Shown: positions 23,597 through 35,562 of the stretch, one piece after another
Layout: every line of letters begins with the position of its first letter
How positions within the stretch are numbered: position 1 is the stretch's first letter
Source of the DNA: Cyanophora paradoxa CCMP329
Lineage: Eukaryota; Plantae; Glaucophyta
NCBI GenBank assembly: GCA_004431415.1
Contig: QPMI01000210.1
Coordinates: 1-64,000, forward strand
Length of the DNA stretch: 64,000 nucleotides
Direction of reading: 5' to 3'
Notes under the pieces: model-generated
The model's database searches: none
Told to the model about the DNA's origin: nothing
Seen by the model: only the letters and a program-made list of their open reading frames with translations
Position numbers and translations under genes: made by a program

Positions 23597-24852
23597 GCGG
23601 CTCCTTTCCGCCGGGGCCCTCGCCGCCCCCGTCGACGCGCCAGTCGGCGCCTTGCCCCGCCTCGAGGGGGTCTTAATCATATCTAGGCCGTACTTTGAAA
23701 AGATCACCCTTTTTGCAACGTTCGTGTAAAGGCAGGCTTGGGTCCTCGCTCTGTATACTGTTTCTCAATACATGTATGGTACTTGTTTGCGCCGTGCGCG
23801 GGCGGTCGCGCGCAGCCAAGGCGAGGGACGGGCGTTGGGCGGCTTCAGCGCTGGCGGGCGCAGAGCTCACGCGCACACGTGCATTCCCTTCGCCGTCGAG
23901 TTCACGATCGGATCGACGTCTGCATCTTTAATTTCCTGTGCACTGTACATCTACATGTACATGTTAAAACGTTGACGTTCGGCGGCAGGGAGGCCTGAGG
24001 CCTCCCGAGGGGCCTGGCGCAAGCGGCGCCTCCAGCTGAAGGGGGGCTAGGGGAGAAGGCGGGCGAGGTAGAGGCGCCCGCGCTGGTCGCCGGCAGCGAC
24101 GAGGGCCTGCGCGCCGGCCTCGGCCCGCACCGCGAGCGCCCGCAGGCGCGCCGGGGCGAAGAAGCGCGCGACGGGGGCCGCCGCGGGCCCCGCCGGAGGG
24201 CGGCGGCGAGGTCGTAGACGAGGAGGCCGCCGGCCTCGCCGGCGACGAGGACGCGGTCGCCGGCGGGGCTGAAGAGGGCGCGGTAGAGGGGGCACGCCTC
24301 GCCGCGCCGGGCGACGACGGCGGCGAGGCGGCCCGTGGCGGCGTCGAAGAGCTTGCAGGAGCCGTCCTCGGAGGCGGTGAGCACGAGGGCGCCATCGGGG
24401 GAGAAGACGGCGCTGTAGACGCGCTGCTCGTGCGCGTCGGGGACCGCGAGGGCCAGCGCGTAGGGCCCCGCGGGGGCGGGGGCCCGCCAGAGGCGCAGCG
24501 AGCCGTCCATGCCGCCCGTCACCACCCGCAGCGCCCCGCCCGCCTCCACGAAGACGTTCACCGCGTAGTTGCGCTCCGCGTGCCTGGAGGCCCTCGCGGT
24601 CAGGCGGGCGGAGGTGAAGGGGACGGGTCAGGGCGCCGGCGCGCGTCATCCCGTCGACCAGCGGCATGAAGAGGCCGCCGGGGTGCGCCGCCAGCACCTG
24701 CCCCGGGGTTTGCCGGGGGGCGGCCCCACAGGGCGGCGCGGGCGCACGGAGACTCGGCTGCTGAAGCCGGCGACGAGGACGTGCGACGAGTCGGGCGTCC
24801 ACGCCACCTGCCCCCCGCACGCGTCAGGCGCCGAAGCCCGGCGGCCCGCGGG

Positions 24853-24886
<34 letters not shown>

Positions 24887-27800
24887 CGGGGGGGGGCGGG
24901 CCTGGTTGATCCACCCGAATCTGGTGTCTTCATCGTTGGAGGCGAGGGGCGTGGCGTCGGGCCGGCTCGTCGCGTCCCACGTCTTCAGCGTCCAGCTGAA
25001 GTCCCCGCTCGCCAGCGTCCTCCCGTCCGGGCTGAAGCTCACCGTCGACACCGTCTGTGCGCGGCCCCCTTCGCCGCCCCTCGCCCCGAAGGAGGGGCCG
25101 GGGCGGCGCTCACCCGCTCGCAGGCCTTCTCCGCGTCCCTGGGTGCCGCCTTGCCCAGCACGCTCCGCCCCGCCCCGTCCCACAGCTGCCGCCGGCCCGT
25201 CAACCGGCCGTCCCGTCGGAAGGGGCGCGCGCGGGGCGGGTGGCGGACGCGGATGTAGCCGCCGGCGCAGCAGGAGGCGATGCGGTCGCCAGCGGGGGCG
25301 AAGGCGACGTCGTAGACCTCCTCCTGGTGCCCCACGGCGGGGGAGGCGGCCCCCTGCGCCGCCCCCGCCGCCCGGGCGTCCCAGACCTGCGCGGGGGGCG
25401 GCCTCGGCGGGGCGGCGCCGGCGAGCTCGGGCGCGGGCCTGGACGGCGCGGTCGTCGAGGGCGGCGAGGATGCGGCGCCCGTCGGGGGCGAAGGCCACGC
25501 AGGCGACCCACGAGCCGCCCGGCGCCTCGAACGCCCCCTTCGCCTCCGGGCCCTGCCCCGACCACACCTGCCCCGCCCCCCCGTCACGCCTGTTAGCAGG
25601 GAGAGAGGGGGGAAGGGGAGAGGGGATGCGGACGCGGATGGCGTGGCCGGCGCCGGCGGAGGCGAGAAGGGATCCGTCCGGGCTGAACGCCACGCTCCGC
25701 ACGGGCCCCGCGTGCCCGCCCCACTCCCACCGCACGCTCCCGTCCTCCTCGCTCAGCGCCTGCGGGGGGCGACGCTGAGCAACCGCCGCGGGGCGAAGGC
25801 GGGGGCAGCGGGGGCGGGGCGGACGGCGACGGAGCGGGCGCCGGCGACGGCGAAGAGGCGGCCGTCGGGGCGGCGGAAGGCGAGGGCCGTCGCCTCGCCC
25901 TGCGGCGCCCGCAGCGCCCGCACCAGTGCCCCCGTCCTCGCCTCGTGCACCTGCCCCGCCCGCGCTGAGGAAAGGCGGCGAGGGCGGGGCGGGGCGGGGC
26001 GGGGCGGGGCGGGCACGGCGACGGTGCCGTCGAGGTGGGCGACGGCGAGGCGGGGCAGCGCGGGGTGGAACGCAAGCGACATCGCCGGCGAGGCCCCCCC
26101 CTGGGATGGCGCCGGGATGACCAGCGGCGCGGCCGCCACGTCAGCGGCCGCCCACACCCGCGCGCTCCCGTCGTACCCGCACGCCGCCAGCTGCGTCCCG
26201 TCGGGGCTGCGCGCGCGTCGCCTCGGGCTCGGGGAAAGGGTGCAGGGGAAGGCGCGGGCCTGAAGGCGAGGGAGTAGAGGGGGCAGCGGGGGGCGCCGGC
26301 GCAGGCGCCGGAGGGGGCGAGGGAGCGGGCGTCCCAGAGGCGGACGGCGGCGTCGTGGCCGGCGGTGGCGAGGCGGCGCCCGTCGGGGGCGAACGCCAGG
26401 CACGCGACCCCGAGCTCGTGCGCCACGGACGCCGCCGTCTCCGAGCCCGTGTGGGCCTCCCAGAGGCGCAGCGAGCCGGCGTCGTCGCCCGAGGCGAAGG
26501 AGAGGCCGTCGGGGGCCGCCGCGCAGCACGTCACGCTCGCCTCGTGCCCCGCCAGCGTCCCCACCAGCGGCTCCACCCCGCTCGCCTTGTTCACCTGCCG
26601 CGCCTCTGAGCTTGTGGGCCCCGGCGAGGGCGGGGCGGGGCGGGCGCGCCCACTGGAGGGTGTCGCGGAAGAGGCCGGGGGCGCGGGCGAGGAGGCTCTG
26701 GGCGGCGGCCTCGACGGGGGAGCCGGCCGGCTGGTTGAGGGCCGCCTGCAGCAGCGCCCCCGGCGCCCGCTGCACCTCGTGCGCGCACCGCAGCAGCGCC
26801 CCTGCGCCCCGCCCCGCTCGCTCCCGACTGGGCGGGGCGCCGGGCGGGGCCGGGGGCGTGGGCGGGGGCGGGCGCGCGGTGGAACTCGGTGACGGCCTCG
26901 GCGCGGAGGCGCGCGTCGGAGGCGGCGCGCGCCCCCTCCGCCTCCCGCTGCAGCTCCCCCGCCGCCGCGCTGCGAGCCGGGGGGCCGGCCTGAGACCAAG
27001 GCGCGGGCGCGGGGCGGGGCGAGCCCGGCGGGGGCGGGGCGGACGCGAAGTCGTCGAGGAGGTCGTGGAGGCCGCCGGCGGCGGCCTTGGTGTAGAGGAA
27101 GGCGACGTCGGTGAGGAGCGCGCCGAGGCGCTCGTGCATGTGCGCCAGCAGCAGGTGCCGCGGCAGCTCCCACGCCGCCCGCCTCTTCCCCCGCCCCGCC
27201 CCGGGGCCCTGCGCCAGCTCTCAGCCGGGGCGGCGGCGCCGGCGGGGGCCCCGCGCGCGTGGCGGTCGTCCTCCTCGTAGGCGCGCAGGAAGAAGGCCGC
27301 CAGCCGCCGGTGGTACACCCCGTCTGCCGCCCCCCGCGTGAGCCCGGCCGCCTCGCGGGGTCCCCCGCAGGGCGGGGGCGGCCGGCGCGCCTTTAGCGTT
27401 CCAGGCGTCCCAGCCGAGGGCCGGTCCGACGTGCTCGCACGGGTCCCCCTGCCGCCCCCTCAGAGCCCGGCGGGGCCCAGCGGGGCGGGGCGGGGCGGGG
27501 GCGCACGCGGTCGAAGGTGGCGCAGCGCTCGGGGCAGGCCGTCAGGTAGCGCACCCGCACCGCCTTCCGCACCTGCCTGCTCGCCCCCGCCCGCCTTTCA
27601 GAGCTCCACGAGCCGGTCCCGGGCTCGGGGCTAGCGCTGGGCGCGCGCCTGTGGAAAAAGTCGAGGAGGCCAGCGCCGTCGCCGACGGGCCGCATGAGGC
27701 TCTGGAGGCTGTAGTAGAGGCGGGCCCAGGCGGCGCGGGGCAGGGCCCCCGCGCGGTCCTCGGGGCGGCGCAGGAGGGCGAGGAGCTCCTCCTCGAGGAG

Positions 27801-30800
27801 GCCCGAGCGGGAGCAGCAGACGAGGCTGAGGGCGTCGCGCGGCAGCTCGGCCCCGTGCTCCGCCTCCATCCGCGCCAGCAGCTGCGCCAGCAGGCCCTCC
27901 AGGTCGGGGGCGAAGCCCTCGATGAGCTCCGTCACCCGCTCGAAGAGGCCGTAGACGCGGATCTTCGCGGGCGTGAGCTAGGCCTCTGAGCTTTCACTCT
28001 ACTTCATTTTCACTACCTCGTCGGCGGCGGTGGAGAGGTAGAGGGCGTTCACCGCCTCGCGCTTCCCCACCACCGCCTCCAGCTGCGCGTCGGCGAGGCG
28101 CTTCCCGTAGAGCGCGAGCAGCGAGGAGACGATGGCGCGGCGGTCGGCGAGCGAGAGCTCGCCCAGGGGCAGCTCGCGGGGCGGCGGGGCGCGCCCCCGC
28201 AGCGCCTCGAGCGCGGGGCCGTCGAGCGTGGAGACGACGATGCGGACGTTGGCGGGGAGGGGCTCCGGGGGGAGCCAGGCGAGCCCGTGGGCCCCCGCGT
28301 CGGGCGCCAGCTGGTTCAGCGCGTCCAGCACGAGCAGCAGCCGCCGCCCCGCCGCCGCCGCCGCCGCCAGCGCGCTCTTGAAGGCCGCCGCCAGGGGCCG
28401 CGCCTCCGTCAGCTGCAGGGAAGGCGTGAGGGGCGGGGGGCGGGGCGAAGGAGGGCGGAGGGGGCGGACGGCGGCGGCGTCGGCGGCGTGGGCGCGGAGC
28501 TCGGGGAGGGCCTCCCCGAGGGCGTGCAGGAGGCGCTGCAGCACGGGGGCCAGCCCCGCGGGGTACGCCGTCGCCCCGATGAAGTGGTACACCACCGCCT
28601 CCCCGCCCGGCCCCGCCCCGGCCCCGGCCCCCGCGCCGGCGCCCGGGGCCGAGAGAGCGCCGCGCTCCATGAGGAACTGGGGGCGGGCGGCGTCAGCTTT
28701 CTGACCCTCGACCCTGGAGACGCGAAGGGCGGGGCGGGACCTTGGCGAGGAGGGCGCTCTTGCCGGCGCCGGGGGCGGCGACGAGGGCGAGGAGGTTGCC
28801 CCCGGGGAGGCGCCCGTCGGCGAAGGCGGCGAGCTGCGCGAGCTCCTGCTGCCGCCCGTGGAAGGCCCGGCAGCGCCCGAAGGCGAAGTAGTCCTGCGCG
28901 GCGCCCTCCTGCTGCACGTGCGCGTGCGCCTGGCCCTCGCCCTCGGCGCCGGCGGCCGCGTGCGCCGGCCCCGCCGCGGACTCCTCCGCGGCCGCCGCGT
29001 CGATGCCGAGGTCCTCCTCGACGGCCGCCCGCAGGCCCCGCACCGCCCACTCCGTCACCTCCTCCAGCCCTGCCCCACGCCTTTCACGCAGAGGCGGGGG
29101 TCGGGCGCCCCGCCCCCGCGCCGGCCGCACCCGTTGTTGCCGGCGGGTTGGAGCCGGCCTCGAAGGCGCACTCGTACTCGAGCAGCTGCGCGCGAAGGGT
29201 GAGAGGGGCGGCGGGGCGCACTCGGAGCACGCCCCCCGAAGAGGTCGCCCTTCTAGCCGCCCTCCATCGGAAAACCTCCGGCGCGGCCGGCCGCCCCTGA
29301 AAGAGCCGGGGGAGGGCGGGCCTTGACGTGCGGGTGGGCGCGGACGGCGCGGAGGAGGGCGGCCTGCGCGCGCCCCACCTCCTCCGACTCGGACCCGAAG
29401 AGGGCGAGCTCCGCCCCCGCGAGCCCCTTGTGGAAGCGGCGGCCCCGCAGCGCCGCCAGCGCGTGGATCGCCGGCTCCTGCGCCCCCGCGCGGCGTGAGG
29501 GCGATCCCGCGTGCGGGGGCGGGGCGGGGCGGTGGACCTGCGCGGCGAGGAAGCCGTAGTAGACTTCTAAGGAGGTGAGCGAGTTGCGGGGCGGCCAGCG
29601 CTCGAGCCACGCGTAGCGTCCGTCGCCGTGCGTCTCGTACGCGGCGGGGGCCCACCCGTAGCGCTCCCCGCCCAGGTAGAGGAAGTAGCCCCGGCAGCGC
29701 TCCACCTGCCGGGGAGGGAGTCAGGGAGAGAAAGGACGACGCGGAGAGGAAGGAGCGCTGGGCGTGTGCGCTAGGCGTGCGGGGAGGAGCCCCCTCTCGC
29801 CCAGCCAGCCAAGAGGCGGCCTCGCGCGCGACACCTTCGCTTCTGGCCCCTAGGCCTCTCCCCTTCTCTCGCCCTCGGACTCGCACCTCATCCAAACAGA
29901 GCAGCGTCGCCCCGCGCCCGTGCGACGACGTGTCCTCCGCCGTCAGGCCCCACCGAAGGTCCCTGCACGGGGCGTTCAAGAGGCCGCCGCCCGGGCGCGA
30001 AGGCGGGCCGGGGTTACAGGGGAATGAAGAAGACGCGGTGGGCGGCGAGCTGCTCGTTCAGCTGCGGGAAGGCCGTTTTGACAAGCGCGTTTCTCTCCCC
30101 ATGAAAATCCTTGAAGGTGCTGCGCGGCAGGGGCGGTCAGCCCGGGGCCGCGCGAGCGGGGGGGGCGCATTTCCGGCCCGGGGCGGCGGCGGCGGCGCGC
30201 CTGGAGATGAAGACGCGAATGACGACCGTCATGCCGGCCTTGTACACCCGCCGCATCTCCTCCCGCTGCGCGCGGCGGCCTCCCAGTCAGGGCGAGCGCG
30301 CGGGGGCCGGGCCGGGGCGGGGCGGGGCGGGGCGCCTTGTCGCGGGCGGAGAGGGCGATGTGAGAGGCGAGGGCCGCGAGGGCCTCCCTCCCCGGGGCCG
30401 TCGACCAGTCCGCCTGCACAGCCTTGCGCTCCCCCGCCGCCTCCGCCGCCTCCAGCTCCTCCAGCTTCGTCTTGAGCGCCTCGATCTCCGCCCGCCGCGC
30501 CCGCTCCTCCTCCGTCAGCTCCCGCCCGCCCCGCCGCCGGCGCTCCTCCGCTCGCCGCTCCTCGCGCGCCTCCTCGTGCTTCGCGAGGCGCGCCTCGCGG
30601 GCGTGCTGGAGCTCGGCCGCGGGGCGCGCGTCGGCGAGGTCCCATCCGCGCGCCTTGATCGCGTCCTTGATGAACTCGCCCTCGATCTCCCACGAGACGA
30701 GCCGCTGCTCCAGGTCCCGTATCTCCTTGTCCCGCGCCGCGACATCCTCCCGCAGCACCGCGCTGCTCGCTTCGGCCTTCTTCAGCTCTGCCTCCAGCTC

Positions 30801-31022
30801 CGAGATTCGCTTCTCGGCTGTCGAAATCCTCACCCGAAGGAGCGCCGCAGCCTGCCCCACCCCGTCAGCCGTACGCGTCGCAGGCACAAAAGGCGACAGC
30901 GCGTCGGCACGGACCGCGTCGCTCGTGACGGAGCCGGCGGTCGCTCCCACGGGAGGAACAAAGTCACGGGAACCCTTCGGCTGGTCGTCAGCTTGCGGCT
31001 TGCCAGAAGAGGGCTTGCCCAA

Positions 31023-31190
31023 GCACTAGTAAAAAGGGGGTAGCAACTGACCTAAAAGCGGGCTAAAACCGGGCTAAACCGAGGTCGGCCGCGACTTAAA
31101 ACCGGGCTATAACCGACCTTAGAATGTCCGTTGTGGAGCTAAAACCGGGCTAAAAAGTTTAGGTCGGACCAATAAGCGGGCTAAAATTTT
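31023..31190 (+). repeat. Left TIR (31023-31078) plus sub-terminal GGGCTAAA repeats
   Basis: Reverse complement of 35203-35258, with repeated CGGGCTAAAA and TAGGTCGG-type units. Confidence 0.9.
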
Positions 31191-31904
31191 TTTTAAAGAT
31201 CTACGGCGGGCGTACCCACTCGTAGTACACAACGAGGATACAAGTCACGGTATCAGGAATCACGGGGATTCGAAGTACAACGAAGCGGAAACAGTAGGAA
31301 CCGAACCCGGAAATCCGGGAGGTCGTAGCACGACCTTGTACCACTGCGCTACGGGCTAAAAGCGGGCTTATTATATAACCAGATTACATCGATATATATA
31401 TCAGCCCCGACCAATAACCGATCGCCCGCCCCCGGGCCCCCCCGGCCCGCCCGCCCGCGCCCCGCCGCGCTTGATTGGGGAAGGGAAAATCACTTCCCCT
31501 GTCCCTGTCCCTCGGGAGCCAACCCCACCCCAAATCCCATTTCGAATTCCCCGACCTCCGCAAAACCCGGGCCGCGCGGTACCCCATGAAAGCCCATCCC
31601 CAGGGGATTCCGAAACCGTGTCTCCCGGTCCCGTCCGACCAAAGGGTGATCCAGAAACAGGCACCAACACACGGGACAAAAACGGGGCTAGCGAGGCACA
31701 GGGAGCAGATATACGGGCCAGACCAGTTCAAGGTCAATGCTTGCATTATGCCCGACATTCCGTACTGCAAGAGCGAGGCCGGGCGCGAGCGCGGTCGCGT
31801 AGGAGGACGCCGCGCGCGCTAGCCAATCGCATTGGAGAGTGCGTTAACTTACCCTGCAAAAGTCTTTTTGACGTACCCGATACATCTCCCGCGCTGGCCC
31901 GCCG

Positions 31905-33547
31905 ATGAGCCTCCCACGGTCTGGCCGTCCGCGGGGATCGGCGCCCCCCGCGGACATTGCTATCGGAGTCGACATCGAGCCAGCGAGCCAGCCCTGCGGC
32001 CTGCCGGGCTGTGGCGGGTCTCGGCGCCAATACGGCGGCAAGTGCCTGCACTGCGCCCAGCACTTCTGCACGAGGGACGCGCTGTACAGTCATTTGCCAG
32101 GATGTCGCGCCCCCGCGCCTGCAGCCAGCGTAGGTCGCCCTGGAGGAACCCGCAGCTCGACCAGCGCCGCCCACGCGTTCAGCGAGCGGCCTGAGTGCGG
32201 GGACTGTCAGCAGAAGAGCAAAGCCACTGGCAGCAAAGATGTGTGGGGCTGTGACCTCTGCGCTGCCCACTTCGTGCGCTTCGGACCGGCGAAAGTTGTG
32301 GCACACCACGCGGCGCTCTTCGCCCACATCGGCATCCTTCAGCGCTACCTGACGACGAAGATGGGCGGGATTGCCAGTGCGCCCTCTGCAGGCGCCGCGC
32401 CGTCCCTCTCGCTCTCATGCTCCGCGCAGGCACGGAGGTCGTCGTCCTCGAGTGCCTGCCGGGCGAGTACGTCCACACAAACAAATACACGTTCCACAAC
32501 GTCCTGGTTGCTTCCGTCGATGGGCGCGTCCCTCTGCTGGTCCCTCCGCCTCTCCGAGGCTGTTTTGAACCCTCCTGCTCAGGTGCACTGCAACCTTCCA
32601 TCCCTTCAAGAAGTCCCCTGGCCGCAGCCAAGTTTACCGGCTCGACTACCAGGCCGGCGAAAAGCTTCAGCTCGTCTACACTACCTTCGAGGCGGACCTT
32701 GCGGGTTCGTGGGTCTCTCCGTGCTCGGCCTCAGTCTGCCCTTGCTGAGCTCTCCCCCAGATGGCCACGTCCACTTCATCCCCCAGCAGTACACTCGGGA
32801 ATACGTGATCACGGCCAAGGACGAGAAGACCGAGGCGCTTGACGCCCTCTACGCCGCTCTCCGGTGGGCACTTTCCACCCCTCTCCCGCTTCTGTTTGCT
32901 TTCGTGTGCCCACCGCCGTCCCTGCAGGAACGGCACGGCCACTCTGCAGTCCGGCCCCAAGTCCTGCCTGGTGATGCCGGCCCCGCCTGCCCCGGTTGCG
33001 GCCCCGCCTGCGCCGCAGCTGCCCGAGGACGACGACGAGTGCGTCCCTCCTTCTTGCTCCCGGATGCTCCATCGCTCCTCAATCCCAGCCCGCAGGGAGA
33101 CGCCGAAGCGCCGCTCGGGTAGCCGCAAGGCCGTCGTGGTCTCCTCGGACGAGTCCGACAACGCCTCCGCCGCCGGGTCCGCCCCTCCGTCTCCTTCCCC
33201 GCCCCACCTTCCCCCCCCCCCTCCCCCCCCTTCCCCCACCCCTCCTCCTTTTCCTTACCCGCTCTGCCCTCAGGGACGACCCCATCGAGGTCTCCTCGGA
33301 CGAGGAGGGGGCAGCGCCCGAGCTCAACGCCGCCGAGGCTCCGGTCGTGAAGACGGCCTCCGCCCCAAAGAAGGCCACCGGCATGAAGGGCCTCATGGCC
33401 CTCGCTGCGCCCCTCCTCCTCGGCACCAAGGCCGCGCGCCTCCTGGGCGCCGGCGTCTCCAAGGGCAAGAGCAAGGGCGCCAAGTCCATCAGGAAGCCCA
33501 AGGGCGGGAAGAGCACCAAGGGCGGGAAGAAGACCAAGGCCGTGTAG
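31905..33547 (+). CDS. Transposon cargo gene: Cys/His-rich (AN1-like zinc finger) protein with SIM-like motifs and a Lys-rich tail (multi-exon)
   Basis: C-x4-C-x10-C-x2-C-x4-C-x7-H-x3-C, a second CGDC...CDLC cluster, VVVSSDESD and PIEVSSDEE, and a basic tail KGKSKGAKSIRKPKGGKSTKGGKKTKAV*. Introns are pyrimidine-rich. Confidence 0.65.
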
Positions 33548-35029
33548 TGACTAGGCAGTACCGCCCGGGGCTGCAGCCCCGCCGCCCCTTTTGTGCGAGT
33601 CTTGTGCGCACTGCAAATGCCAAGAGCTCTTGGTGCTTCCTCCTACGTGCCGCAGAACCGGAGACCCGTGAACATGATCAATTTCCCTTCCCCGGACCCA
33701 ACTGACGCGCGCGGCAAGTCAGTGGCTCTTTTATATACATGCGATGAAAAACACGCAATATATTGCTGGGAAACATTCAGCAGTACTCTAAATAAACTGC
33801 GCCGCGCTAGCGCTGGCGCGCGGGGCTAGCGCTTTCTTAGTGACCTTCCTTCAGGTCCTCATTTCTCGGCACGGCGGCGGCGACGGGCGACTCCGCGCGG
33901 CTTCCCGTGCGCGTCTTGGCATGGCCCATCCACACGCCGAGCGCGGCGTCGGGCGCCGCGGCCAGCGAGGAGCGCGGGCCCGGAATCTCGCCTGGAGAAC
34001 CCTCTGGGCCGCCGCGCTCCTCTGCGCCTCCCCTATTCCCGCGCGTGAGGATGCGCGGAGGTCGTTAGGATGATTCTTTATCTAAATGTGCAGTAAACAT
34101 GCAGCGCGATGATCAATTTCGGCACAGCGGGGCAGTTTTCGCACGCGCCGTTCCGCGGAGCGGCGCTGGGGGCTGCGCGGCTTCTATACGCATTTCTACT
34201 CGATATAGAATGTCCGTGGCATGCTGCGCGCCGGGTGGGAGGTCCGGGGAATGCATTCGGCAGCGGAAAGTATATGCAGCCGGTTCAAATTTGGCGGCCT
34301 GCTGTGAACGCACCGGCTCATCTACAGCTTCTGAGACTTGCATATTTGGAATCAGAAGCTTCAAAATAGGCTGGGTGCATAATCCCAGGTCGATACGCGA
34401 AGACGGCGCGATCCGCGACTCGGTCATGAACATGATGATCATGAACATGATTTGCATGACATGACATCGGCGGTTTGCACTCAACCTGCGCATTTTTCAT
34501 TTTACGGAATACCATAAATATCCAGAAGGGTGTAGATGGGGGTTTTCGAGGGTGCTGGAGACGATGGGCGCGTTTGCGCGGCCAGCCGATTAAAGCCTGT
34601 ACCGGTATTCAGGATTCGTAGTAACGAGGGCCCCCTTTTCCTCCCAGCATAATTCCGCCCCGCCCATTCGCAGCCAGCTTCTGCAACTCCGAATATAAGT
34701 CATTAAGATGCTATTAAGAGATCCCGCATGCTCAGTAGCCCGCTCGCAGTTCAATCCCGAGCCCCGCACCCCCGGGCCCCGGCCCGGCGCGCATTTCACA
34801 GCGATGCCACGGATCCACGGATCCACGCGAGCGGCCGGGCGGGCCGCGCCACGGCGTATGGCCGGCGCTATGCACACGCGGCGGCACGTACTTTCAAGTT
34901 TCAACTTTCAACTAGTACTAGACACAAGACCTTTCTTTCATGATCATTCATGAACCGATGAACTAGCGCTCATGATAATATGTACATGTGGTCCGATCAT
35001 ATCCCGGGCATTTGGTCCGAGCTAATGCG

Positions 35030-35258
35030 TTCTAGCCCGGACCATGGCTAGCGCTCAGCTTCGATCATATATCCGATTTAGCCCGGGCATTAGGTCCGAT
35101 CTAAGCCGTTTTAGGTCCGATCTAACCCGTTTTAGGTCCGATCAAATCCGTTTTAGGTCCGATCTAATCCGGGCATTACGTCCGACCTTATGTTAGCCCG
35201 ACTTTAGCCCGGTTTTAGCCCGCTTTTAGGTCAGTTGCTACCCCCTTTTTACTAGTGC
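35030..35258 (-). repeat. Right sub-terminal repeats (TTAGGTCCGAT, TAGCCCG) and right TIR (35203-35258)
   Basis: Tandem units of about 20 bp containing TTAGGTCCGATC from 35090 to 35165, plus TTAGCCCG copies. Confidence 0.9.
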
Positions 35259-35562
35259 AAGGGCAGAGCCGCCCGGGTCGCAGAGGGCGAAGCACCCATT
35301 CCTGCGGCCGCGTCCGACGGTCTCTACTGCGCGTACACAAGTTTCCTTGCCGAGCACAACCCGAATTTGCTTCCTGGACGGCTGTGACGCGCTTGCGTTC
35401 CTCCTGCTGGTCGATATCGATTGGGGTATTGGGCAGTTACTCCCGCAGTTACTCCAGAGTCCAGATTGAGGCCCTTGACTCCAGCAGTTACTCCAGCAGC
35501 TCAGCCTCACTGTCAGCAACGCTCTCTCACAGCTATACACAGCCGACACAGATACGCGTGCG

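Larger units (their letters stand above)
31023..35258. mobile_element. Non-autonomous CACTA/EnSpm-like DNA transposon, 4236 bp
   Basis: Perfect 56-bp TIRs beginning GCACTAGTAAAAAGGGGG. 2-bp TSD AA (31021-31022, 35259-35260). Sub-terminal short-repeat arrays. No transposase ORF recognised. Confidence 0.92.
24047..35299 (-). pseudogene. NLR-like STAND gene (myristoylation motif - coiled coil - DUF4062 - NACHT - WD40; TEP1/NWD-like), interrupted by a transposon
   Basis: DUF4062 motifs IRVFISSTFKDFHGERNAL, DLRWG, LCLDEV, GERYGW. Walker A AAPGAGKSALL (about 28750-28785) and Walker B LLLVLDALNQL. Many GH...WD/WE repeats from 24050 to 26590. The first 13 codons lie beyond the 31023-35258 insertion, and there is an apparent frameshift near 24200. 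Confidence 0.85.

Noticed and set aside
33700-34980. Nested element or transposase remnant inside the CACTA-like element
   Set aside because: No TIR/TSD pair or DDE/Tnp2 motif could be identified.
31023-35258. Transposon removed as an intron using TIR-borne splice signals (GTAAAA donor, CCCCCTTTTTACTAG acceptor)
   Set aside because: The obvious donor/acceptor pairs leave 5, 11 or 22 extra nt, none of which restores the NLR frame.
35432-35500. Short GCAGTTACTCC repeats between the NLR-like and Vps62-like starts
   Set aside because: Only three or four degenerate copies; a regulatory role cannot be supported from sequence alone.
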